DNA of 20,389 nucleotides, taken from an uncultured bacterium. GTDB taxonomy: Bacteria; Lernaellota; Lernaellaia; Lernaellales; Lernaellaceae. The translations under genes and the position numbers were made by a program. Under the pieces are notes generated by a model. It ran no database searches. It saw only the letters and a list, made by a program, of their open reading frames with translations, and had not been told where the DNA came from. Where the stretch lies: contig CAZHPN010000107.1 in assembly GCA_964534375.1 (NCBI GenBank), forward strand, positions 1 to 20,389, read 5' to 3'. The first letter of the stretch is position 1. The number at the start of each line of letters is the position of its first letter. Of the stretch, positions 8,201-15,833 are shown in pieces.

Positions 8201-10089
8201 GCGTCGGGGAACAACTCCAACGTGGTGCGGCCGATGAGTTCCGCCGCTCTGAGGCCGGTTTGGCGCTCGAACGCCGGGTTGACGGCCAGGTAACGAATGT
8301 CGGCCGGCCGGCCGGCGTCGTCGAAAACGATCTCGTCCAGCGAAAAACCTTCGGTCATCGTGTCGAAAAGGGTCCGGTACCGCTCTTCGCTTTCGCGCAG
8401 CGCTTCCTCGGCGGCGCGCCGCTCGGTGATGTCCTGCACGGTTCCCAGCAGGCCCACGATGCGGCCGGCGGCGTCGCGCACGACCTCGCTGCGCGTCGTG
8501 ATCCAGATCGGCTCGCCGTTGCGCAGCGCCGGCACGTCGAGTTTGTAACCAACGCCCGTCCGCATTGTTTCCTGCACGGCCGCGTTGACCTGCTGCCAGC
8601 TTTCGTGCGGGTACAGGCGCCCGTCCTGGTCGTTGAAGTCGGGCATCGGCTGCGTCGCCGGATCGAGGCCGTAAATGCGCAGCAATTCGTCCGTGCCCGT
8701 GGTGACATCGGTCGCGGCGTCCCAATGCCAACTGCCGATGTGGGCGATGCGTTGCGCCTCGGCCAGTTCCGCTTCCTTGCGCCGCAGCGCCTCTTCGGCC
8801 AGCCTGCTTTCGGTCAAATCCAGCGCGGCCGTGTAGACGCCGACAACCTCGCCGAGCGCATCGCGCGCCGGCACGACGGTCAGATCGAAATAACGCCGCC
8901 GGCCCGGCGACCCGGTCAGCCAGAACGGCCGCCGCGCTTCCCGGCCCGTCTCCATGACCGTGCGCTTGAATGCCACGAGCGCCTCGGCCTCCTCGGGCGG
9001 AAAGATTTCGGCGTCCGTCTTGCCGATCGTCCCCGTTGCTGACGGCACGACGCGGGCATTATGGTTCCAGACCACGTGCAGGTCGCGATCCTGCGCCGTA
9101 AGCGACACCGGCGAGTTCAGGAGGGCCAGGCGAAAGCGTTCCTCGCTATCGCGCAGGGCGTCGGCGGCCCGCTTGCGTTCGGTGATGTCGATCGTGGCGC
9201 CGAGCAGGGCCGGTTCGCCCGCAAAATCGATGGCGTGAACCGACGTCGAGCCCCAAATCGGCGTGCCGTCGGCCCGCTTGAGTCTGACCTGGTAATCGCG
9301 GACGAATCCTTGCGTGCGCACGATGCTCAACAGCTTCGTCCGGTCCGCGGAATCGGCATAAAAGTCCGGCGCGTGCCGGCCTTCGAGTTCGGCGCCGGTG
9401 TAGCCGAAGGTGTCGTTGTAGACCCGATTGGTGAATAGAATCGCGCCGTCCGAGACGCGCATGAGCGAGATGGGAATCGGGGTCGCTTCCGCGATCGTCC
9501 GCAGCAACGCCTGACTCTGGCGCAGCGCCTGCGCCGCCTTTTGTTCGGTGATGTCGCTGATCACCGCGCGGCAGATCGGCGCGCCGTCTGCATCCTGCGC
9601 CGCGGTGGCCTCGATCCGCGCCCAGAACGGCGCCGCGCCGGCGCGCAGCATCCGCAGCTCGCACACGTGCGGCGAGTCCGCCTCGCAAAGCTGGTGGAAG
9701 TTGCGGAAGTAGACATCATGATCTTCGGGAGCGACGAAGCGGAACAGCGGCTTTCGGACCACCGCGCTGCGCGTCACGCCCAACAGGGCGGCGGCGGCGA
9801 GATTGGCCTCGCGGACCAGCCCCTTTTCGCCGAGCGTGAGGTAGCCGATGGGGGCCATGTCGTAGAGATCGAAATAGCGCGCCCGCGAGGCTTCGAGTTC
9901 CGCCTGCGCCGCGCGCAGTTCCTCGTTCTGCATCTCCAATTCGATCTGGTGGACCTGCAGTTCGTGAACGAGGCGCTTCGTCTCGGCCGCGGTGAGCGGC
10001 GCCGCCGGCGTCTTTTTGTCTTTCAGCTTCGCTTCGGCCCGCTGGCGCAGGCCGTTCGACTTGGCTGACGGGGTCTTCTTCGCTGGCAT
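5263..10089 (-). CDS. Hybrid multi-PAS (about 9 PAS) HisKA_3 histidine kinase with a C-terminal NarL-type receiver domain, ~1608 aa
   Basis: Nine PAS/PAC units ending in D[I/L][T/S][E/D]; H-box ERKRLAQVLHDHLQQLL; RELLFNVVKHA; DRGRGFD; receiver VLVADDH...VVLMD...GLSMH...YLVK. ATG 10089 follows a G-rich RBS; the ORF track starts at 10116. Confidence 0.93.
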   Translation of the reverse strand: MPAKKTPSAKSNGLRQRAEAKLKDKKTPAAPLTAAETKRLVHELQVHQIELEMQNEELRAAQAELEASRARYFDLYDMAPIGYLTLGEKGLVREANLAAAALLGVTRSAVVRKPLFRFVAPEDHDVYFRNFHQLCEADSPHVCELRMLRAGAAPFWARIEATAAQDADGAPICRAVISDITEQKAAQALRQSQALLRTIAEATPIPISLMRVSDGAILFTNRVYNDTFGYTGAELEGRHAPDFYADSADRTKLLSIVRTQGFVRDYQVRLKRADGTPIWGSTSVHAIDFAGEPALLGATIDITERKRAADALRDSEERFRLALLNSPVSLTAQDRDLHVVWNHNARVVPSATGTIGKTDAEIFPPEEAEALVAFKRTVMETGREARRPFWLTGSPGRRRYFDLTVVPARDALGEVVGVYTAALDLTESRLAEEALRRKEAELAEAQRIAHIGSWHWDAATDVTTGTDELLRIYGLDPATQPMPDFNDQDGRLYPHESWQQVNAAVQETMRTGVGYKLDVPALRNGEPIWITTRSEVVRDAAGRIVGLLGTVQDITERRAAEEALRESEERYRTLFDTMTEGFSLDEIVFDDAGRPADIRYLAVNPAFERQTGLRAAELIGRTTLELFPDAEREWLDRYGEVTLTGEPAHFEARFGPLDRWFEVSAFRTEPGRFAVVFVDISERKLAEEALRQRSAEVEAARTAAENEKRRLEAAMEALPTGLAVLDDKGGVVRSNRAFQEIWGQPPPTDSYADHAAYRAWWPDTGRPVEPEEWAAPRAAQSGVAVKDQLVKIQRFDGSRGFVLNSAAPVRDAAGRVVGCVVAIRDITDLRRAEEALRESEEKYRQFVETAHEGVWAVDAETKTTYVNRRMAEMLGYEPAEMLGRKTAEFLDEDEAHLVLERLERRRQGSVDTSEIRYRRRDGSVVWALTTASPLHDKEENFAGTLGMLTDITDRKRVEAALRESEERYRTLFNTMDEGFCIIEVIFDAADRPIDYRFLRINAAFERQTGLHDAEGKLMKSLAPDHEAHWFEIYGEIAKTGTPLHFLNEAKALNRYYEVSAYRVGRPEDRQVAIIFNDISERQRAAEEVRASRAKLDAALASMTDAVFISDDAGQFIEFNDAFATFHRFKTKAECAKQFADYPDIIDVFLPNGDVAPLDMWAVPRALRGETVTNAEYGLRRKDTGEAWVGSYSFSAIRGNDGAIVGSVVVARDITDRKRAEEALRELNATLERRVHERTAELERRALQLRALTSQLAQAEEQERKRLAQVLHDHLQQLLVAAKFGASSLRQQAVDPNLKAEAQRVLDLLGQSIDASRSLTAELSPPVLHDAGLAAGLMWLARWMRDKHGLTVEVSADDLPVPLPEALRLMSYQAVRELLFNVVKHAGVASARVAMTHDEGRNLRIVVSDRGRGFDAAAYAAGDAPGSFGLLNIRERLAFLDGRLEIESAPGQGTRFILTAPLPAPVAAEPAEAAPPSAAAAISPASAPGAIRVLVADDHTVVRKGLVELLKKEPRLAIVGEAADGRQAVEQARQLRPDVVLMDVTMPIMSGVEATRVLSTEMPAVRVIGLSMHAEDDMAAQMRAAGAVRYLVKDGPMEELVKAIVDVAG

Positions 10090-10207
10090 GTCGTCCCCCC
10101 ACAGTGCGCGCCGCAATCCCAGCCTCGAAGAGGCTCAAACCCACGGATAAAAAGCCTGTCGATTTTCTGCGTAATCCACGTTGATCGTTCTACCCCACGT
10201 CACGGGA

Positions 10208-10491
10208 GTCGCGCCCCGTGATTCGTCATTCCCGCGGCGGCGGGAATCCAGAAACATCCGTTGCGCCTCACGCCACGACGGTCGCGCCCCTTGATTTGTC
10301 ATTCCCGCGGAGGCGGGAATCCAGGAACATCGGTTGCGCCTCGCGCCACGACGGTCGCGCCCCTTGATTTGTCATTCCCGCGCAGGCGGGAATCCAGAAA
10401 CATCGGTCGCGCCTCACGCCACGACGGTCGCGCCCCTTGATTTGTCATTCCCGCGGAGGCGGGAATCCAGGAACATCGGTTGCGCCTCACG
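10208..10491. repeat. Tandem array of ~3.9 x 73-bp units, each with a dRS3/REP-like palindrome GTCATTCCCGCG(G/C)(A/C)GGCGGGAATCCAG
   Basis: ATTCCC-N8-GGGAAT begins at 10228, 10301, 10374 and 10447 (exact 73-bp period). The intervening sequences are nearly identical to each other. Confidence 0.95.
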
Positions 10492-10523
10492 GCGCAACAG
10501 CCGCCGACTTCCGCCGAGATACG

Positions 10524-10632
10524 GTAAGAGCGCCCCCGCCTTCGCGGGGGCAGGCTTTTCCGGGGCGATTTCTTCGATCGCGCCCGGAAGGGCGCTCTTA
10601 CATGCCTGGATTCCCGCCTCCGCGGGAATGAC
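10524..10632. repeat. Nested hairpin block followed by an inverted copy of the ATTCCC-N8-GGGAAT palindrome
   Basis: gtaagagcgccc (10524-10535) pairs with gggcgctcttac (10590-10601). Internal hairpins: cccccgc-cttc-gcggggg and ttccggggcgat/atcgcgcccggaa. ctggattcccgcctccgcgggaatgac (10606-10632) is the reverse complement of the array core. Confidence 0.85.
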
Positions 10633-10732
10633 GTTTTAAGGGGCGAAGCCGCGTCATCGTGGGGCGCAACCAATCTTGTAGTTCGCGAAGAAAATCGGCG
10701 TTGTGCATCGGCGCCATGAGCTCGGCAAATGC

Positions 10733-10785
10733 CATAGGTCGCATAGGTCCTATAGGTCGCATAGGTCCTATAAGTCCTATAAACC
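10733..10785. repeat. 9-bp-period short tandem repeat, (C/T)ATAGGTC(C/G) x ~6
   Basis: cataggtcg cataggtcc tataggtcg cataggtcc tataagtcc tataaacc. Confidence 0.9.
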
Positions 10786-10885
10786 TCACAAAACCAGCCG
10801 TTTGCCGACACAACCCCCTCGCGCATTGCACGGCGGCGGCAATGGGCAATATCCTTTTCCCAGCGATAAGTCACCGGCCGCCGCA

Positions 10886-13543
10886 TTATTCCTTCCCGCC
10901 TTCCGGCGAATCATCGCCGGGGCCGCACTTCGCGCGCAGCTTCGCTTCCAGTTTCTTGGCCACCGTGATGTCGACAAATGTAATCACGACGCCGTCGATC
11001 ATGTTCTCGGCGGTGCGGTACGGCATGACGCGCACGGCGAACCAGCGGCCGTCGCCGGTGGCGATCGATTTTTCGCGGAAAGCGAGCGTCCGCAGGACCT
11101 CGCGTACGTCGGTGGAAAGTTCCGGATACAACAGGTCGGTGGCGAGATCGCTCAGCGGCCGCCCCACGTCGCCGGGAATGAGCTTGATGATCTTGGTCGC
11201 CTGCTCCGTGAAGCGCCGCACGTGAAGGCGGTTGTCGAGAAAGACCGTGGCGATGTCCGTGCTGTCCAGCAGGTTTTTCATGTCATTGCTGGCGCGCGTC
11301 AGGTCGTCCACCTTCGCCTGGAGTTCGTTGTTGACCGTTTGCAGTTCCTCGTTCATCGACTGCATTTCCTCTTTCGAGGTCGTCAACTCTTCGTTGGTGG
11401 ACTGCAGCTCTTCGTTGGTCGATTGCAGTTCCTCGTTGGCCGACTTGAGCTCCTCTTGCGAGGTTTGCATCTCTTCGCGCGTCGTTTGCAATTCCTGCCG
11501 CGCCTGTTCGAGATCGCGTTCCAATTCGGCGACCCCCGCCGCGCGGACGGGCGCGCGCCGCAGCCGGCCCAGCGCCGCGGGTTCGGGGACGGCGGCCACG
11601 TCGTCGAAAACGATCATCACCGTTCCCTGGAGCGCCTCGGGTTTCGTCAACGGCTGGATCGTGATGTCCACGGCCTGCGTCCCGCCGTTGGCGGCCACCT
11701 TCAACCCCCGCAGCGTGACTGCCGCCTTTTGCCGCAGCGCTTTGTGGAAGCCGCTGTTCAGTTCGAACCGCAGCCCCTCGCGGGCCATGGCGAAGATGTT
11801 CCAGTTGGCCTTCCCGGCCGCCGGCTCGAGATATTTGCCCGTGTGCCCGCTGACGTACAGAATGTCGCCGTCCTCGCCGGTCAGCACAGCCGCCGGGGCG
11901 TATTGCTGCAACAGCAGTTGGTCGGCCAGCGCCTGCAGATTGGGGAGGGGAACCTTCGTTCGGACCGCGGCGGCCGGCGCCTCCGGCTCGCCGTTGGCCA
12001 GCGCGGGCGCGAACGAGGCGGGGAATTCGACCGGCGCCGCCGCGCGGTCGGTGTCGAGCCGCCGGTACAGCCGCGCCTTGCTGTCCAGCATGGCGAAGAG
12101 GTCGGTGAAGGCGCCAATCGTTTCGGCGCTGCCCAGAAACAGCACACCGCCCGGATTCAAGCTGTAGTGAAAAAGCGGCAGGAGCTTTTTCTGCACCGTC
12201 GCGTCCAGGTAGATCAGCAGGTTGCGGCAAACCAGAAAATCGAGCTTCGTGAACGGCGGATCCATGATCACGTTTTGCGGCGCGAAGACCACCGTCTCGC
12301 GGATCTCCTTGGCCGCGCGCCACCCGCGTTCGTCCTCGACAAAATACCGGGCCAGGCGCTCGGGCGGCACGTCCGCGGCGATGTTGGCGGGATAGACCCC
12401 GGCGCGGGCCCGCGCGATCGCGTCTTTGTCGAGGTCCGTGGCGAAAATCTGCAGCGCATAGCGGGCGGCGGGCTTGATCGCGCTCAGCGCGTCCTTGAAC
12501 ACGATGGCCAGCGAATAGGCTTCTTCACCGGTGGAGCAGCCGGGAATCCAGGCGCGCAACACCCCGCCCGCCGGCCGCGCCCGGAGCATCGCCGGCATCA
12601 CCGTGGCCGCCAACTGCTCCCACGCCGCCGGATCGCGGAAAAAGCTCGTGACGCCGATGAGCAATTCCTTGAACAGCAAATCGGCTTCCTGCGGGTTCTC
12701 GCGCAAAAATCGCACATAATCGGCCAGCCGCGCGATCTGGTGCAGGCCCATCCGCCGCTCGATCCGGCGGTAGACGGTGCTTTTCTTGTACAGCGAGAAG
12801 TCGTGGCCGGTCTGCGCCCGCAGCAGGATCACGACCTTTTCCAGCGCGCTCTGGGCCTTGCGCTCCAGCGCTTGGGCCGGCTCGGCGACGATCGCGGCGT
12901 GCTGCAGATAGGCGACGATCTTGCCCGGCAAGTCCTCGACCGGGGCGATGACGTCGGCGAGCCCGGCGTCGATGGCGCTTTTCGGCATGCCGTCGAACTT
13001 GGCCGACGACGGCGCTTGCACGAACACCACGCCCGTTTTTTCCTTGATGGCCCGCAGCCCCAGCGTGCCGTCGGAACCCATGCCGGAAAGGATGACGCCG
13101 ATGCTGCGCTCGCGCCGGTCGTCCGCCAGCGAACGGAAAAAGAAATCGATCGGCAGGCGCAGGCCCCGCGGGGCGACGGGCGCGAGCAGGTGCAGCGCGC
13201 CGTGCAGCATCGACATGTCTTTGTTCGGGGGAATCACGTAGACGCAATTGGGCTCGACCTTGAGGCGGTCTTTGGCCTGGACGACCGGCATCGCCGTCGC
13301 GCGTTGCAGCAACTCGACCATGATGCCCTTGTGGGTCGGGTCCAGGTGCTGAACGATGACCAGCGCCATGCCGCTGCGCTCCGGCACGTGCTTCAGAAAC
13401 CGCTCGAGCGCCTCCAACCCGCCGGCCGAAGCCCCGATGCCGACGACGGGAAACGGGGGCGTTTCGTCGCGGCCCGCCCCGGCGGGCGGCGCGGCCTTGA
13501 CGGGCTTGGATGCCCGGCGACCGGTTTTCGCAACTTGTTTCAT
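10886..13543 (-). CDS. cheB/cheR: CheB methylesterase / CheR methyltransferase fusion with heptad coiled coil and C-terminal PAS, 885 aa, no kinase domain
   Basis: CheB triad motifs GASAGG, VQHL and GMGSDG; CheR motifs LLIGVTSFFRD, GCSTGEEAYS, FATDLD and CRNLLIY; EELQSTNEELQSTNEEL heptads; PAS ending GVVITFVDIT. Confidence 0.95.
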   Translation of the reverse strand: MKQVAKTGRRASKPVKAAPPAGAGRDETPPFPVVGIGASAGGLEALERFLKHVPERSGMALVIVQHLDPTHKGIMVELLQRATAMPVVQAKDRLKVEPNCVYVIPPNKDMSMLHGALHLLAPVAPRGLRLPIDFFFRSLADDRRERSIGVILSGMGSDGTLGLRAIKEKTGVVFVQAPSSAKFDGMPKSAIDAGLADVIAPVEDLPGKIVAYLQHAAIVAEPAQALERKAQSALEKVVILLRAQTGHDFSLYKKSTVYRRIERRMGLHQIARLADYVRFLRENPQEADLLFKELLIGVTSFFRDPAAWEQLAATVMPAMLRARPAGGVLRAWIPGCSTGEEAYSLAIVFKDALSAIKPAARYALQIFATDLDKDAIARARAGVYPANIAADVPPERLARYFVEDERGWRAAKEIRETVVFAPQNVIMDPPFTKLDFLVCRNLLIYLDATVQKKLLPLFHYSLNPGGVLFLGSAETIGAFTDLFAMLDSKARLYRRLDTDRAAAPVEFPASFAPALANGEPEAPAAAVRTKVPLPNLQALADQLLLQQYAPAAVLTGEDGDILYVSGHTGKYLEPAAGKANWNIFAMAREGLRFELNSGFHKALRQKAAVTLRGLKVAANGGTQAVDITIQPLTKPEALQGTVMIVFDDVAAVPEPAALGRLRRAPVRAAGVAELERDLEQARQELQTTREEMQTSQEELKSANEELQSTNEELQSTNEELTTSKEEMQSMNEELQTVNNELQAKVDDLTRASNDMKNLLDSTDIATVFLDNRLHVRRFTEQATKIIKLIPGDVGRPLSDLATDLLYPELSTDVREVLRTLAFREKSIATGDGRWFAVRVMPYRTAENMIDGVVITFVDITVAKKLEAKLRAKCGPGDDSPEGGKE

Positions 13544-13766
13544 GGCTCTTCTCCCTCTCCCAGGCGGGGCGACGCGCGCTGCACTAACGTAACTCGACCG
13601 AAGCGGTCCAGACCGGCGATGACGAAAAAACCCCTAAATAAACTGCATCGATTCAGGCGGCCAGAATAGAAAAAACGGGGGGGCGTGTAAATGGCCGCCG
13701 GCCCAATTAAATCCGCGGCGTAGAGGTCGGCGTGGGGGTCGTTCGGGACGTCGGGGCGGAGCGCCG

Positions 13767-14528
13767 TTACGCCGCGCCCTCCCGTTCCAGCACCTGCGCG
13801 GCGTTTTCGCGAAAATCGTCAAGGGAAACGAATTGCTTGTCGGCGGCGCTCGTGATCCGCTTACGGTCTTTGCTGCTGAGGTTTTCGAATTCCTCGTGGA
13901 CGATGAAACTCTTGAATGGCAGGCGATTCCGTTGAAATTCCAGACAAGAGATGGCGGCCAGCCGCGCCTGGGCATTGTCCTTGACGCCAAACAAATAGAT
14001 CGGGCGGGGCTTGACCGCAAATTCGAAATCCACCTCCAGATCGTCGCGGGACGGCACGGGGAACACAGTCTGCCGCGGGTTGTACTTTCCGAGATTTTTT
14101 TCAATGAATTCGGTCAGCAATTCAAAAAACATGCTTTGGATGACTTCCCGTTTATACAGTTGCATGTTGCCGACTTTGGCCACCGTTTGCGCGAATTGCA
14201 AAATGGCCGGATACAACCCGGAATAATCCGTGTCGACGAACAAGTTTCCCTGGTCCTCGTTCACTCCGTTCTCGGCCAAGATCCGCTGAAAAATCCGCTC
14301 CTTGTTCGGCGTGTCGATCTCGAACGAATAAGACAAGCGCATTAACGTCATGCCGTGATCGCTGATGCGGACGCCGCTCTCTTTTCCGGCGACGGCCTCG
14401 AGAAAGATATCCACCATGTCGCCATCTTCGTGGTAAAGCGGCGCGACAAGCTGCGCAATGCCGGCCCGACGCTCCCTCACGGAAACCTGGCCGTTGAATT
14501 GTTTTTTCAGCAAGTCCGCATAATTCAT
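13767..14528 (-). CDS. DUF1828-like domain protein (possible DUF1829-like C-terminal domain), 253 aa
   Basis: The likely start is ATG 14528 (MNYADLLKKQF), overlapping the upstream TGA (ATGA). Motifs PLYHEDGDMVDIFL and IRISDHGMTLMRL match my recollection of DUF1828. The ORF-track extension to 14792 overlaps the upstream gene. Confidence 0.75.
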   Translation of the reverse strand: MNYADLLKKQFNGQVSVRERRAGIAQLVAPLYHEDGDMVDIFLEAVAGKESGVRISDHGMTLMRLSYSFEIDTPNKERIFQRILAENGVNEDQGNLFVDTDYSGLYPAILQFAQTVAKVGNMQLYKREVIQSMFFELLTEFIEKNLGKYNPRQTVFPVPSRDDLEVDFEFAVKPRPIYLFGVKDNAQARLAAISCLEFQRNRLPFKSFIVHEEFENLSSKDRKRITSAADKQFVSLDDFRENAAQVLEREGAA

Positions 14529-15037
14529 TCTTGCGGCTCCTTGCGCTCGTCCAGCGCCAGCGCCATTTGGCGTAAATCCGGGAAATATTCGTCCATATTC
14601 GTCACCCCGATGGTTTCGAGGAAGACCCGCAACGCGTCGCGATAAGACGCGTATTTGTCGGTCGGTTCCGCGCCGCGTTCCGGCCGCATTCCGGCTTCGA
14701 TGTTCTCGGCCTTGGCCTTGTGAATGTGATAACGAAAATGCACGCTCGGCGCCGAATCGCCGCCGATGAATTCGCCGTGCGGCCCGTTGCAACGCAACAG
14801 GCAGAAGGTTCCCTTCTCCTCTTTCGGATTGTATTCCAAGCCGACAGAAAAGTTCTCTTCAAAATCGACGTTGACCCGGATGAAAACAGTGAACTCTTTT
14901 TTGTCGGCCGTGGCGACGAGGGTCATGTCCTTTCGTTTGCTGCCGCGTTCGATGCGCCACTCTTTCTTGGGCGGCTCCGCGATCTGCTTCGGGCATGTAA
15001 TCAGTTGCTCGATCTCTTCCTGGGTATACGTCCGCAT
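14525..15037 (-). CDS. Hypothetical His-rich protein (DUF6978-like), 170 aa
   Basis: Globular composition; motifs ENFSVGL, LLRCNGPHG and HFRYHIH; GAAGG RBS; coupled to the downstream gene. The family name is tentative. Confidence 0.75.
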   Translation of the reverse strand: MRTYTQEEIEQLITCPKQIAEPPKKEWRIERGSKRKDMTLVATADKKEFTVFIRVNVDFEENFSVGLEYNPKEEKGTFCLLRCNGPHGEFIGGDSAPSVHFRYHIHKAKAENIEAGMRPERGAEPTDKYASYRDALRVFLETIGVTNMDEYFPDLRQMALALDERKEPQE

Positions 15038-15043
15038 TTTAAA

Positions 15044-15079
15044 CCTTCACCCGAACTTTCTCCCGAACGGCGAGGGAGG
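15044..15079. repeat. Degenerate CCCTCACCC...CCCTCTCCC...GGGAGAGGG-type REP-like element
   Basis: ccttcacccgaactttctcccgaacggcgagggagg fills most of the 42-bp gap upstream of the two-gene cassette. The resemblance is by eye only. Confidence 0.3.
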
Positions 15080-15733
15080 TCAATACCTCAGCCCCAGCAC
15101 GCCCATGCCGACGACGTTCGCGGCGGCGGCGAGCGCGTACAGGCTCGAAACGGCGACGACCTTGGCGCGGATCGTCTTCAGCCCGAGCACCAGGATCATC
15201 GCCACGTAGAAGTGGAAGTAGCCGAACAGGAAGATCAGCCAGACGCCTTTGAACGACAGATTCCACCATTCGTATTCCCAGACGAGATGGCCGCCGAGAT
15301 TCAGCAGGCATTCGACGAACACGCAGAAGGCCGAGAAGCCGATCGCCCAAAACCACTTGTTCGGCAGGCCGAGGATTTTCTCCTGCGGGTCGGGCGAGAG
15401 CGAATAGTAGTAGATGAGGCCGCCGAGCGAAAACATGAACATGATTTCGAGGTTCCAGCCCATCATCGTGCGCAACGCCGTGTCGCCCGGCGTCGTCCAC
15501 AGCGCCGAACGCTGCCCGATCGCGAAGACCCAGCCGTTCCACGTTTCGTTGACGAAGTCCATGCCGAATAGCGTCAGGCCGCAGAAGATCGCATCCCAGT
15601 TGCCGTTCCGCCGCGCCTTGTGGATTTCTTTGGTCCAGATGTAGAACGTCACCGCCAGCAACGTGACGGCGTACCACTTGATCGTGTGCAGATCGCGCAA
15701 CCCGATCAACGCTTGTCGCGACGCTTCGGTCAT
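15080..15733 (-). CDS. Uncharacterised integral membrane protein (~6 TM), 217 aa
   Basis: AAGGA RBS; several hydrophobic, Trp/Phe-rich segments; polar motifs DFVNETWN and VECLLN. Confidence 0.85.
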   Translation of the reverse strand: MTEASRQALIGLRDLHTIKWYAVTLLAVTFYIWTKEIHKARRNGNWDAIFCGLTLFGMDFVNETWNGWVFAIGQRSALWTTPGDTALRTMMGWNLEIMFMFSLGGLIYYYSLSPDPQEKILGLPNKWFWAIGFSAFCVFVECLLNLGGHLVWEYEWWNLSFKGVWLIFLFGYFHFYVAMILVLGLKTIRAKVVAVSSLYALAAAANVVGMGVLGLRY

Positions 15734-15754
15734 GGCATTTCCTTATTGAATTTG

Positions 15755-15826
15755 CACCACAGAGACACGGAGGACGCAGAGTTTTGCCTTCTGCTTTTTC
15801 CCCGTGATCTCTGTGACGCTGCGGTG
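15755..15826. repeat. CACAGAG/CTCTGTG-family imperfect inverted repeat (9-bp internal period)
   Basis: Left arm caccacagagacacggaggacgcagag (15755-15781); right arm ccccgtgatctctgtgacgctgcggtg (15800-15826). Confidence 0.75.
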
Positions 15827-15833
15827 AACATTA

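Noticed and set aside
10208..10491. CRISPR array
   Set aside because: The spacer-like segments are near-identical, so this is a tandem repeat; no cas genes lie in the window.
10299..10886. 195-aa ORF and other small ORFs in the repeat gap
   Set aside because: Their translations simply read through the repeats (YRTYATYRT, SFPRRRES, WIPASAGMT).
2724..13669. Long plus-strand ORFs 2724..5030, 6106..9042 and 10703..13669
   Set aside because: Antisense shadows of well-supported minus-strand genes in high-GC DNA, with no recognisable motifs.
14529..14792. N-terminal extension of the 341-aa ORF
   Set aside because: It overlaps the 170-aa gene in another frame; the ATGA-coupled start at 14528 is more plausible.
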